From: a virus
Lineage: Duplodnaviria; Caudoviricetes
Reading direction: 5' to 3' (one strand)
IMG/VR virus record: IMGVR_UViG_3300042347_000649
Location: 1 to 36,135 of that record
DNA length: 36,135 nt
Below, piece by piece: positions 8,578-18,658 of this stretch (position 1 is the stretch's first letter; each line of letters starts with the position of its first letter). The translations under genes and the position numbers were made by a program. The notes beneath the pieces were generated by a model that was not told the DNA's origin, did no database searches, and saw only the letters and a list, made by a program, of their open reading frames with translations.

Positions 8578-9305
8578 CAATAAGGTGGTGAACACCTTTT
8601 TTTTCCGTCTAATCCTTTAATTTTACCTTTACATACTTGAATTGCATATCCATTAGCGTACGCAGAAGGGTAAACATCAAATTTTGCTTTCGCTGCCGAT
8701 TTGCCTCTACTACAAAGTTTTGTTCCTGATTTCTTTTTTCCTTCATGTACCATTAATCTTTCAATAACTTCCTTTGAAAAAACTGATGGGTCATCGTGAA
8801 GTGGTTTCATTTCTTTTTGAACTTTTTCTATATTATCAATAAAATAAATTGCTCTAGCGGCATTAGTTAGTGTTCCTAATAATGGAACATCTAAATCTTG
8901 TGGAATGTACTCCTGAATTGTATCAATAAGCTCTTCTATTGTCATCTTCAAAAGTAATGGTGCGATACCCGACGCTAGAGAACCTAAAGGACCTGTTGGG
9001 GTTAATTCAACAAAACCTTGTAAAGTATCAATAACGTCTACTTCCAAATCGTTTCTAATGTCTAACATTTCTTCTTTTAGACTCTCATAGTTTAATTCCA
9101 TTTCAGGACCTAATAATTGATTTTTTAAATTTTCAAATCTTTGAAGGGTTTCTTCTATTTCATTGTAGTTTTTCACTAACGATGCAATTACTATTGGGTC
9201 ACCTAAAACGTCAACAGCACCTGCGGTTTGTCTGGCTAAGTCACCCACAAAATTTGATATGGTGCTCCAAAAATCAAATGATTCTTTTACTATTTGTTTT
9301 TTCAT
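8574..9305 (-). CDS. Hypothetical modular protein with C-terminal basic YPSAYA module
   Basis: 243 aa; N-terminal MKKQIVKE|S; C-terminal LCSRGKSAAKAKFDVYPSAYANGYAIQVCKG after VHE|G. Confidence 0.65.
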   Translation of the reverse strand: MKKQIVKESFDFWSTISNFVGDLARQTAGAVDVLGDPIVIASLVKNYNEIEETLQRFENLKNQLLGPEMELNYESLKEEMLDIRNDLEVDVIDTLQGFVELTPTGPLGSLASGIAPLLLKMTIEELIDTIQEYIPQDLDVPLLGTLTNAARAIYFIDNIEKVQKEMKPLHDDPSVFSKEVIERLMVHEGKKKSGTKLCSRGKSAAKAKFDVYPSAYANGYAIQVCKGKIKGLDGKKRCSPPYC

Positions 9306-10801
9306 TTCTTATTTACTATTTCAAATTTAAGTTGTCTTTTATAAGTATCTACTTCTCCCGAAGAAAGAACTTTTATGTCTACAAAATATTGGTTTGGAAC
9401 TTTATCTTTTGTATCAAAGATAAAATAATATTCATTTGATGTTTGATTTATTCTAGTCCAATCTTGGACAATAACTTCAGTTGTACCTTCGTTAACAAAT
9501 ACTCTGTAGTATGCCTTAAAATCAGGATATACAATATTTGAAGAATAAGCCTGTTTAATAGTTACCACAACTTTTCTTGTATCGGTATTTAATATTTTTT
9601 CATCTTGTTTAATACCTGAAAAACTAAACCCGTAAGTTTCAGGGTTTTTTGATAGAGTACCAATTTGATAGTACTCGGTTGCGGGTCTTAGAATAAATTC
9701 ATTGGTTATATTACCAATTGCTCTTCCATTTAGTGTACAGTTAACCCAAATATCGTTAAATTGACATGGTGTTGAATATCCTGTAATTGCAGGTATTTCT
9801 ACTTCGTATATACCTTGAGTTCTTAAAACTGTTGTTAAACCCGTTAAAGAAGATATTAAATCTTCATTTGAGTCTGCAATATTAACTGTTGGGTTAAAAT
9901 CTAAATTCGTTGGTGTGCCGTCTATATAAGAATATAAGTATAATTTATTTACTTTATTCTCAAAAAATTTAGTTCTATCATCTAAAATTAAATCATCATA
10001 TGTTGTTTCTAAAAATGGTTCGTAGAATGTTTGTGTATGTCTTGTAAAGAAACCTACCGAATAATTTTCAGTTAATCCTGTTATATTTTCTATTTCGGGG
10101 TCAAATGAAATAATATATCCTGTAACACCTGTTGTTGCACCCGTTAAAATATTATTAATTTCATTAGTCATGTTAAATTCAATATTCTCATTACCAAATT
10201 CAAAATATTGAGTATCGACTAATGTTAAGGCTGAAAAATTTATAACATTTCCAATACCGTTATTTAAATTGTTATAAACACCATTTGTACTCCACCCACT
10301 AATTGTTGTTGAATTAAACCAATTTGATGGTCGATTAGAATATGACTTGTCATTATCCCTGTAGTTTCTTGATGTTAAACTAGCGTTAGAAGAATTTAAA
10401 TTATTATTGTTGTAATAATCATAACCAACACCTTCATCCCAATTTTGTGGTGTACCTGTTAAATTAAATTTAGGTATTCTAAACAAATTTAAATTAAAAC
10501 CCGTGGCTCTTCTTCTATTGTCAGATGTTGTTGTGTTTAATAATTCATAATTAAACATTATCGTATTGGTCATTTTAAACACATGAGTCATTGGACTTCC
10601 TGTGTAAACAATCCCATTTGTGATTTTTTCTTGTAGTTGTGACAAATCTATGTCAAAAATAAATCTTGAATATCCTGGTGTGGATAAAACATTATCAACC
10701 CTACCAAAAAATAATTCAGTTACAGGATTTTGTCCTGTATTTGTAGTACCGCTAGAAATAATTGTGTTATTTCTATTTAGATATGATTTGTGTATAGACA
10801 T
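9302..10801 (-). CDS. Putative virion structural protein (beta-rich, N/T/G-rich)
   Basis: 499 aa; SRFIFDIDL and NWDEGVG; late motif upstream; adjacent to the baseplate spike gene. Confidence 0.6.
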   Translation of the reverse strand: MSIHKSYLNRNNTIISSGTTNTGQNPVTELFFGRVDNVLSTPGYSRFIFDIDLSQLQEKITNGIVYTGSPMTHVFKMTNTIMFNYELLNTTTSDNRRRATGFNLNLFRIPKFNLTGTPQNWDEGVGYDYYNNNNLNSSNASLTSRNYRDNDKSYSNRPSNWFNSTTISGWSTNGVYNNLNNGIGNVINFSALTLVDTQYFEFGNENIEFNMTNEINNILTGATTGVTGYIISFDPEIENITGLTENYSVGFFTRHTQTFYEPFLETTYDDLILDDRTKFFENKVNKLYLYSYIDGTPTNLDFNPTVNIADSNEDLISSLTGLTTVLRTQGIYEVEIPAITGYSTPCQFNDIWVNCTLNGRAIGNITNEFILRPATEYYQIGTLSKNPETYGFSFSGIKQDEKILNTDTRKVVVTIKQAYSSNIVYPDFKAYYRVFVNEGTTEVIVQDWTRINQTSNEYYFIFDTKDKVPNQYFVDIKVLSSGEVDTYKRQLKFEIVNKK

Positions 10802-10806
10802 TAACT

Positions 10807-10814
10807 ATAAATAT
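10807..10814 (-). promoter_or_regulatory. Putative late promoter element (minus strand)
   Basis: ataaatat on + strand, 5 nt before ATG 10801. Confidence 0.7.
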
Positions 10815-12373
10815 TAGTTAATGCGTAAGTTTTTATTTAAAATTTTACTATCGGCATCGTAAAGTTTTGTTAAAATAGTTTGTACTTGTGTACCATCAAC
10901 ACTTTGTGAATCTGGACCCATATTATGGTATGGATGTACGTGAGAAACTAAAAACCTAACAATTAATTCTATAAGGTCCAATAATTGTTCACCTCTCACC
11001 ATAGAATTAGTATTTGGAATCATAATATTTTCAATAAATTGTTGCGGTATTGTTGTTCCTGAAAAATCTATAGTATCAAAATCAATTTTGGTTACACCTA
11101 CTTGTGTATCATGTGAAAGAAAAAAAGAAGTATTGGCAACATTTATTCCGTAAACAATAGGGTTAAATTCGTATTGTTCATTAGGGATTTTATATGTCTG
11201 AAATGATTTTAGTGGTCCTAATCTATCTTTTTCTGAAACGTATCCAATACCTCTAGTTGAGTCTTGCTTGTTTAAGTATATACCTTCAAAGAATCTCCTT
11301 AAGTTTATAACTTCAGTTGCTGAAACATCAACATTTAATTCGTATTTATCCCAAAAATTTTTTGATGGTTGGAAAACGAAAGGTATTGGTTCATTTATTG
11401 TTGTTCCTGTTCCCCCCAAAGAAAACGAACCACTATTCATAAGTGATATTACATTATTAATACCAGATATAATGTCATCACGAGAATCAAATGTAAAATC
11501 TTTTTGATATACAGGACCAATTAAACTTTCTTCAGGAAAACTATAAAAACCATTTAAAACACTTGTTGAGTATACGGGTCTATAATCAGATATTTTATAT
11601 ATCCTAACGTATCCCGAAAACCTACCCAATAAACTACCAACACCACCATATACATCATACTCAACCAAATATTTTATTTTTTGTACTACATTTCCTTGTT
11701 CTGTAAAAGTTTGATTAGTATTTTCAACTTTTCTCGTATCAAATTTTTGTAATCCAACCATACCAAATTTTTTGTTAAAGATTGGATTACCATTTTCATT
11801 CACATTTTTTTTGTATACTCTAAACATTGCTGAGTCAGGAGGTAATAACATATCAGAATTATTTCTACCTAAAATCCCAATTGTTTTTACATCTGGATAT
11901 AATCCTGACTGTGATGTTTCTTTCATTGAACCATCTTTATTTCTAATATCTTGTGGTAGTTTGTTTCTTTCCCCTTTTGATGTAAATGCTTGAGAAGATT
12001 CAAAAGGTTCTCCAATTAATTCGTTTGGACTTGAAAACATACCTTGTATGTAGTACTTATTTCTGTCTTGGTAATCTAAATTATAATATACGACATGAAC
12101 TGATTCATTTATTTGTGGTACTTGGCTAAAAAATTGTGGTAATAACGGCATAAAAACCAATGGGTCAACATCGGTCCAATAGTCATTTTCTGTTAAAGGT
12201 TTACCTGTTACAGGGTTTTTAAACGAATTAATAATATCTTCATTTTGCCAGTTATCCACTTGCAAACGAATTCTGCCCAAATTCATTGGGTCTTTGTTGT
12301 CAATTACTCTACCAAAATTAAAAACCTGTGTATATTTTTTTGGTAAATTTGTATAATCATTAAAACGATTCAT
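10814..12373 (-). CDS. Baseplate central spike/hub protein (gp5/VgrG-like OB-fold N-terminus)
   Basis: FGRVIDNKDPMNLGRIRLQV...PLLP...VPQINESVHV at the N-terminus; C-terminal VRGEQL...SHVHPYH metal-binding tip motif. Confidence 0.8.
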   Translation of the reverse strand: MNRFNDYTNLPKKYTQVFNFGRVIDNKDPMNLGRIRLQVDNWQNEDIINSFKNPVTGKPLTENDYWTDVDPLVFMPLLPQFFSQVPQINESVHVVYYNLDYQDRNKYYIQGMFSSPNELIGEPFESSQAFTSKGERNKLPQDIRNKDGSMKETSQSGLYPDVKTIGILGRNNSDMLLPPDSAMFRVYKKNVNENGNPIFNKKFGMVGLQKFDTRKVENTNQTFTEQGNVVQKIKYLVEYDVYGGVGSLLGRFSGYVRIYKISDYRPVYSTSVLNGFYSFPEESLIGPVYQKDFTFDSRDDIISGINNVISLMNSGSFSLGGTGTTINEPIPFVFQPSKNFWDKYELNVDVSATEVINLRRFFEGIYLNKQDSTRGIGYVSEKDRLGPLKSFQTYKIPNEQYEFNPIVYGINVANTSFFLSHDTQVGVTKIDFDTIDFSGTTIPQQFIENIMIPNTNSMVRGEQLLDLIELIVRFLVSHVHPYHNMGPDSQSVDGTQVQTILTKLYDADSKILNKNLRIN

Positions 12374-12573
12374 TATTTTCTTTTCTTATATTCTTCCAAA
12401 ATTTTATTATAAGAATTTTCAAGTTTATCTACTTGATATGTCATTTGTATGATAGACTCTTTAACTTTTTCATGTTCGTTTGCAAGTATATCCATACATT
12501 CCATAAGTTCTTTATTATTAAAACTACTTGGTTCTGAAATTATTTTTTCTATTTTTTCTAAATCTATAATCAT
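12373..12573 (-). CDS. Hypothetical coiled-coil protein
   Basis: 66 aa, translationally coupled to both neighbours. Confidence 0.75.
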   Translation of the reverse strand: MIIDLEKIEKIISEPSSFNNKELMECMDILANEHEKVKESIIQMTYQVDKLENSYNKILEEYKKRK

Positions 12574-14744
12574 AAAACATTTCCTTTTATTTTAACAAAA
12601 CCAGTTTGTGATATTATACCTATTTTTTTTTTGGTTACGGTTGTTTGAGCATAACCATTTTGTGTCATTTCGTCAATTATTGCCTCATTTAAACTTTTAG
12701 TCATTAATAACCCAATATTTGGTTTTCCACTTGGCATATCACCTGTTGGAACTCCTTGCTCCTCCATTTTTTCAATAAATTTTGTTAATATGCTAGTTGG
12801 GCTCATGCCTGGTTTTGTTGCCGCGGCTATATAGTTTATTATTGTTGGTACGTCAGAAGATGTTCCTCTTAGTGCGTTTTTTAGTGCTAAACTTAAAGAA
12901 ACAATATTCAATAATTCATCAACAACGTTTTTACATCTTCTAAAATCTTGAATTGTTGCAAGTGTGGTCAGAGCTAAATTAACACCAGCTAATATTAGTT
13001 TTTGTTTATTTGTTAATATTTCATCTGCGGTCTGTCTCACAATTGATGCCATCAAAGATTTTAAATTTTGTTTTATCGCAATAAAAAGTTGTTTAACAAA
13101 AATCGCCTGTATTTTAGAAGTAATGTTTATAACCATTTTTCTAAATTCTTTAAAGAAATCTTCAGTTGTATCAATACCATCAACATAATCTTTTTGTAAT
13201 GCCTTTGCCATTACAAATAATGGAAATAAATGTTTTGGAGATAAAACTGAATTTAAAACTGCTATTGGTAATAGATTTATAAATTCTTCATTAATGATAT
13301 TTGAAAAATTAAATTGCGGATATTCAACTAACCAATCGGGATTTGAACCTAAGCTGTCTAACATGTTTTGAGCTGCTTTATCTGCATCCTGAGCGGTCAT
13401 ATCTTCAACTAAAAATTCATCAATTAACGATAATGAACCATCAACATTTACAGGTAATGACAACGCACCACAATCCTTATACTGCACTACGTTTTCTTGA
13501 ATATTTTTTATTTTATTTTCAATTTCTAATAAATCTTCTTCTGTTAATTCAAAAAAACTATCATCAATTTGGTCTGAAGAATCTAGTTTACCAGTTCCTG
13601 TAACATCTATTTCTTGTTTATTGTCAAAACATAAACCAAGAACTCTTTGTATTAGTTTTTCAAATACTGTTTGATTTCTTAAATCATCATAACCAATCAA
13701 ATTTTTCATGTTTATTGAACCAATCAACAGATTTAAAACATTAGAAAAAAGTTCGTTAAAATTAAGAACATCAATTGTGTTTAGATAGTCCAATAAAAAT
13801 TCTGCGACACTGTTTCCACCAATTCTTTTTTTTAGTGTAACTTTAAAAAATTCACCTGTTAATGTTGGTGTTGGGTCTTTAATGAATTCAATATCAAATA
13901 AGTCTTGTCCTGAAACCCCAACATACGGTGTACTGTATTCATCCTCATAAGTTTGCCCTTCTTTTTGTATTCTATTCCATAATTCGCGATTAAACGACCT
14001 TGGAATTGAAGATGCGGTAAATGGTTTAAATTCATAAACGTACTTACCAGGAACTCCATTTGGATTTGTTTGTAATGTTTTTCCAAATATATCTATATTT
14101 GATACTTTTATATAAATTTCTTTGTCTTGGTAATTTTGTTCCTGAGAACACCCTAAAGCACTTACATATTCATTTTTTAATATGTCTTTTATTTCGTCTT
14201 TAGTTCTAGTTACGGCTTGAATAAGTGAGTTTCTTAAAGCTGCAATCGCGTCTTTTTTGGTATCTGTTTTAAAAACATTAAGTTCAGCTCTTCTAATATC
14301 TTTTTTAGTCTTTTCTAATAACCCATTTAATCTTTTTTGTTCAGGGACGTTATTAGTTACAACCGCATTGGTTAATTCTTTTTGAAATTGTGCTTCTTTT
14401 TGTTTTAACTCTTTTATTTTTTCTGTTTCGTTATTTATATTTTTACCATCAACGTCGTTATTTTCTTTTGATGTAATATATGTTTGAACCAATTTTCTTA
14501 ATTGATTTTCACTATTTTGTTTAAAAGATTTTGGTAAATCTTTTGCCTTTTGAGTGTAAGTCTCAACTTTCTTTTTTACTTTAGATTCTGTGGCCTCAAT
14601 TTCTTTAGATGTTTGACTATTGGAATTTTGAGGATTTTTTCTTAGTTCTTTTTGCTGTTCATTAATTCTTTTTGTTTTTTTATATGAATTAATGACTTTA
14701 TTTAATTTTTTATAATCTTCCGTAGTTGTTGTTGATTCGGACAT
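12570..14744 (-). CDS. Large hypothetical protein, probably virion/baseplate associated
   Basis: 724 aa ORF in the late operon upstream of the spike gene; no family recognised. Confidence 0.6.
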   Translation of the reverse strand: MSESTTTTEDYKKLNKVINSYKKTKRINEQQKELRKNPQNSNSQTSKEIEATESKVKKKVETYTQKAKDLPKSFKQNSENQLRKLVQTYITSKENNDVDGKNINNETEKIKELKQKEAQFQKELTNAVVTNNVPEQKRLNGLLEKTKKDIRRAELNVFKTDTKKDAIAALRNSLIQAVTRTKDEIKDILKNEYVSALGCSQEQNYQDKEIYIKVSNIDIFGKTLQTNPNGVPGKYVYEFKPFTASSIPRSFNRELWNRIQKEGQTYEDEYSTPYVGVSGQDLFDIEFIKDPTPTLTGEFFKVTLKKRIGGNSVAEFLLDYLNTIDVLNFNELFSNVLNLLIGSINMKNLIGYDDLRNQTVFEKLIQRVLGLCFDNKQEIDVTGTGKLDSSDQIDDSFFELTEEDLLEIENKIKNIQENVVQYKDCGALSLPVNVDGSLSLIDEFLVEDMTAQDADKAAQNMLDSLGSNPDWLVEYPQFNFSNIINEEFINLLPIAVLNSVLSPKHLFPLFVMAKALQKDYVDGIDTTEDFFKEFRKMVINITSKIQAIFVKQLFIAIKQNLKSLMASIVRQTADEILTNKQKLILAGVNLALTTLATIQDFRRCKNVVDELLNIVSLSLALKNALRGTSSDVPTIINYIAAATKPGMSPTSILTKFIEKMEEQGVPTGDMPSGKPNIGLLMTKSLNEAIIDEMTQNGYAQTTVTKKKIGIISQTGFVKIKGNVL

Positions 14745-14754
14745 ATCTTAAAAA

Positions 14755-15132
14755 TTATTTGTTAAGTTTATATCCTTCGTCTGTTGTATTTGAAATATCT
14801 TTCAATAGTAAATCTTGGATTAGTTTATCGTCAAAATCGCTCACAGAAAAATTTTCTTTATCATTTTTATTGATTGCCTTTTCCCAAATAGTTGATTGTA
14901 GTTTAGATAATGTTAATTTTTTTTCAACAGTATCGTTTACAATCTTTTGTTGTTCTTTAATTATTGGTCCAATTATTGCCATATCAGAACTGTCTTTCAT
15001 CATTGACAACATTTTATTTTGAATTCTTATTGCGGTTGCTCTTTGTTCAACCAATTCATTATATATTTCTTGCATTAAAGACAATATAGATTCTTTGTTT
15101 AAAAGTATTTCTTTTTTTTTAGGTCTTGTCAT
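14755..15132 (-). CDS. Hypothetical helical protein
   Basis: 125 aa, first gene after a late motif. Confidence 0.75.
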   Translation of the reverse strand: MTRPKKKEILLNKESILSLMQEIYNELVEQRATAIRIQNKMLSMMKDSSDMAIIGPIIKEQQKIVNDTVEKKLTLSKLQSTIWEKAINKNDKENFSVSDFDDKLIQDLLLKDISNTTDEGYKLNK

Positions 15133-15136
15133 GCTT

Positions 15137-15144
15137 ATAAATAT
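15137..15144 (-). promoter_or_regulatory. Putative late promoter element (minus strand)
   Basis: ataaatat on + strand, 4 nt before ATG 15132. Confidence 0.7.
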
Positions 15145-15158
15145 TTTATTATCACTTT

Positions 15159-15917
15159 TTATCTTAAATCTATTTTTTTGACAAAATCAAAATAAAGTTT
15201 TTTATACCTTTTCATACTTAATCTTATTTCTTTGGTTGACAGATTGGTCATTTCTCTTAAAGACAATAAAACTAAATTTTTATTAAACTTTTTATTATCG
15301 TGAGCAACAAAAATTTGGTCGTATGTTTCAAATAATTGAAGTAATGCTTCTCCTAGTCTTGTTTCATTCTCGTTTAAATTACTGTTCTTAATAAATTCTT
15401 TTAACATACCAATATAATCAGATATTATTTTATCCGATTCAACAGCGTCGTTTTCAATATAATAAACCATATCTGGTCTATTTTCTAAGTTAGATGATAT
15501 ATCCTCATAAGATACTTTTCGGTTTATTTCTTTTTGGTCTTTAATAATTTGACCCATTAAATAATTTTTACAAATTGTACCGAAATAAGAATACGCCTTT
15601 TTATTTTTATCAGGAACAAATTTATCTGATTTAGTTATTAAAAACGAATGAGTGTCGTTTAATATTTCATCAAACGACATATCTTTCCTATAAAGTTTGT
15701 ACCTTCTAATAATAGAAGAAACCATTTTTTCGATAGGTTTCTTCAAAAACTCATTGTAAATCTTATTTCTTTCTTCAATAGTTTCCGCATTTAGAAAAAG
15801 AACTACCGCATTTTCTTCTCTAACATCAAAATAATTAGTTGTAGAAGTATTTTTTTTTCCACGTTTACTTTGATGGTCTTGCGTAATACCAGTTGAATTG
15901 ATATCTTCTAAAATCAT
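15159..15917 (-). CDS. RNA polymerase sigma factor, T4 gp55-like (late transcription)
   Basis: NYFD near the N-terminus and the region-2 pattern KSDKFVPDKNKKAYSYFGTICKNYL, comparable to gp55 F.P.K..NP.AYFT.I. Confidence 0.7.
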   Translation of the reverse strand: MILEDINSTGITQDHQSKRGKKNTSTTNYFDVREENAVVLFLNAETIEERNKIYNEFLKKPIEKMVSSIIRRYKLYRKDMSFDEILNDTHSFLITKSDKFVPDKNKKAYSYFGTICKNYLMGQIIKDQKEINRKVSYEDISSNLENRPDMVYYIENDAVESDKIISDYIGMLKEFIKNSNLNENETRLGEALLQLFETYDQIFVAHDNKKFNKNLVLLSLREMTNLSTKEIRLSMKRYKKLYFDFVKKIDLR

Positions 15918-16726
15918 TAAGAATTTGTTTCTTCATATTTTATATTTCTATCGGAATTGAAAAAATATTCTTTTTTTGCGGTATCAATCCAAAATTTAAC
16001 TTCATTGTCAGACATTGGTGTTTTACCATTTTTATAACTCCAAAAAATTGAAGACTCTCTCATGTTGATATGTTTGTAACCAAGTCTCGGTATTGTCATA
16101 ATTCTTGCCGAATTATAAGTTAGTCTAAGTAAAAATTCATAAACAAAAGTTAATTTCATTGATTTTTTGAATCCACCAAAATTATCAATTAATGATTTTT
16201 TTAACACCATACCACTAGATTGGAAATTTTGATACATGTTTAATAAATCATTTGTTAAAATACCAATCTCAGTATTAAATGATGCTGCAAATGTTGCTTC
16301 GTTTGTGTATCCTGCAAATATTCCTTTTTCATCTACATCAACAACGATTGGTAAAAATCCATCACATTCAGGGTGATAATTTATATAATCTTTAACATTT
16401 TTAAACCAAATAAATGAATATTCATCATCGTATTCAAAAAAACTAACCCAATCATATTTTGAATTTTTAACTCCTAAATTTATTTGACTTGCATAATCCG
16501 TGTCCGAACTTGTATTTAAAACTTTATTAACTGTTAAATCTTCAAAATCGTAAGAACTTAAAAAGTTACAAAGGTTTTCTTCATCGGTATGTACAATAAC
16601 TAATTCACCCACACCAACTGATTGTTTTTTTATTGATTGTATTGCTTTATCAAAAAGCTCTTCAAAATCTTTTCCAAATGAAGAAGATATTGGAAGTATT
16701 ACTGATATATCTAATTTAGTATTCAT
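15917..16726 (-). CDS. Glycosyltransferase family 2-like (GT-A fold)
   Basis: DISVILPI, AIQSIKKQ, QINLGVKNSKYDWVSFFEYDDEY. Confidence 0.85.
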   Translation of the reverse strand: MNTKLDISVILPISSSFGKDFEELFDKAIQSIKKQSVGVGELVIVHTDEENLCNFLSSYDFEDLTVNKVLNTSSDTDYASQINLGVKNSKYDWVSFFEYDDEYSFIWFKNVKDYINYHPECDGFLPIVVDVDEKGIFAGYTNEATFAASFNTEIGILTNDLLNMYQNFQSSGMVLKKSLIDNFGGFKKSMKLTFVYEFLLRLTYNSARIMTIPRLGYKHINMRESSIFWSYKNGKTPMSDNEVKFWIDTAKKEYFFNSDRNIKYEETNS

Positions 16727-16728
16727 AA

Positions 16729-17784
16729 TTAATTTAATTGTATTTTTTCTAATTGCTCTTCAAAATTCTGAAGTCTTTTGTTTATATACTTTGAAAATAA
16801 TTCTACTGTGTCATTTTCAAATTTTTGAACATCACTAAATTTTTTAGCTGTTTCCATTGAAGATTCATATAATTTTTCAGAAATGTTGTCTTCTAACCAA
16901 TTCTGTATAAATTCCGCCAAAACATCAACAATTAACAAAGTATCATTTACCCAAATACCGTTATGTTCATCCATCCAACTAGGTTTTATATTTGGTATTT
17001 TACCAATTACAGGTGTTTTTGTCTTCATGCTTTCTAACGGGAAAGTACCAAAAGATGATTCATTGTCTATCCAAACAGAAACAAAAGAATCCTTTAAAAG
17101 CTCAGCAAATTCACTTTCACTTAAACCTCTCATATCTCTAAAAGTAAACCATCTGTATTGTGGGTATTTTAGATAAAAAGTTTTAATTAATTTCATTGTA
17201 TCTCTTTGGTCTCTAGTGTGAACAGAAATAATTGGTTTTGCAGGTATTTCTTTTTCTTTAAAAGACTCACTTATTGTTGGTGTTAAAATATCATACGAAA
17301 TATTTTTCATTATTTTTTCTAAATAATCTTTTTGTTCTTCTGATGTTGTAATACACTTCAAAAATCCATATTGGGACCAAGTGGCGCCTGGAGATAAAGT
17401 TTCTAACATATAATCATATGATTGTGAAATCACAATTTTTCCACAAGGGAATTTAGAAATTTGTTCCATAACGTGTCCATATAATTCAGGAATAACTAAA
17501 AAATCTTCAGGAGACAACTCTAAATTTTGGTCTTCAATCGATTTATGTGGTAACTCCATGTATTTTTCAGATAACCAAGAAGATACTCCTTTATAATCAT
17601 TCTGCTCGTGCATGATGATTGAATTAAATCCGTTTTGTTTTAGGGTGTATGCAATTTCATAGATAAATCTAACTGACGCTTTTGCATTGCCTTTTGTGTC
17701 TTGTACTAAAAAATAGATTCTACATTCTTTATTTTTTAGTTTTTGAATTGATTCTTGAATTTTTGGGATAAGTTCTGTATTCAT
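16729..17784 (-). CDS. Glycosyltransferase, GT-B fold (GT4-like)
   Basis: DFLVIPELY and ESSFGTFPLESMKTKTPVIG (E-x7-E motif). Confidence 0.75.
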   Translation of the reverse strand: MNTELIPKIQESIQKLKNKECRIYFLVQDTKGNAKASVRFIYEIAYTLKQNGFNSIIMHEQNDYKGVSSWLSEKYMELPHKSIEDQNLELSPEDFLVIPELYGHVMEQISKFPCGKIVISQSYDYMLETLSPGATWSQYGFLKCITTSEEQKDYLEKIMKNISYDILTPTISESFKEKEIPAKPIISVHTRDQRDTMKLIKTFYLKYPQYRWFTFRDMRGLSESEFAELLKDSFVSVWIDNESSFGTFPLESMKTKTPVIGKIPNIKPSWMDEHNGIWVNDTLLIVDVLAEFIQNWLEDNISEKLYESSMETAKKFSDVQKFENDTVELFSKYINKRLQNFEEQLEKIQLN

Positions 17785-17787
17785 ATT

Positions 17788-18054
17788 TTAAAATGATTGT
17801 AATATATTATATCTTATTAAAGTGTTAAATGCTATTTTAAAAGGGATTGTAACATCATTACTTCCTTTCATTAACATTTTATCATCTAATTCTGTTGATT
17901 CAGTAAATAAAACATCTAACATAGTTTTTATTAGTTCAAATTTAACAATACTAATGTTTTGTTCTGTATCTCCTGTGGTTTCCTGTTTGATTGTTATTAT
18001 TTCCTCAATTTTTTGAAAATCAACGAAATATTCTTCACCTAATACTTTTAACAT
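17788..18054 (-). CDS. Hypothetical protein
   Basis: 88 aa ORF within the operon. Confidence 0.7.
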   Translation of the reverse strand: MLKVLGEEYFVDFQKIEEIITIKQETTGDTEQNISIVKFELIKTMLDVLFTESTELDDKMLMKGSNDVTIPFKIAFNTLIRYNILQSF

Positions 18055-18658
18055 GTTTTAAATTTAATTGATTATATAATGAAGTAAAATCTTCTATGGT
18101 ATCTATGTTGAAATCCGCGTTTATATTTTTGTTATATTCTGTTGAAACTTTTATTGAAATTTTATTTTTTGGTTTACATTCTAATAATTCTGGGTTTGAT
18201 GTTACAATAACATCAAATTTACTCCACATCTTTTTTAAATTTTTTTTGTTGTAAAAAATAACTTCATCTACTTCGGTTCCGTATTTTGAAAGGAAAAAAA
18301 GTGTTGCGGGTTTTTGTTTTGCAATTGCCTTTGCAATGATAGTTAGTTTATCTTTTTTCTTTAATGTTGTTTTTTGAATTGCTGATAATGTATTAAATGT
18401 GTTAGCGGAAATTGAAGGTGCGTGACCACAAATATTCATTGGAAAATCCATATACATAAAATTTATGTAATCATTATCTGAAGGGAATTTAAAATGGTCT
18501 GAAAAATTATAGGAATTAATCGGTTCTATAATTTCATATTTGAACTCTTCTTCGCCTTCTTCATATACGTAATCTTCAATAAAGAATTTTTCATATACTG
18601 CAGACATTTTGTTGAGTGTGTCTCTCAAAACTTCGTCAGTATCAAAAGCGAACTTCAT
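18035..18658 (-). CDS. HAD-superfamily hydrolase (5'(3')-nucleotidase-like)
   Basis: N-terminal FAFDTDEVLRD (DxD motif I) and C-terminal YNKNINADF. Confidence 0.6.
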   Translation of the reverse strand: MKFAFDTDEVLRDTLNKMSAVYEKFFIEDYVYEEGEEEFKYEIIEPINSYNFSDHFKFPSDNDYINFMYMDFPMNICGHAPSISANTFNTLSAIQKTTLKKKDKLTIIAKAIAKQKPATLFFLSKYGTEVDEVIFYNKKNLKKMWSKFDVIVTSNPELLECKPKNKISIKVSTEYNKNINADFNIDTIEDFTSLYNQLNLKHVKSIR

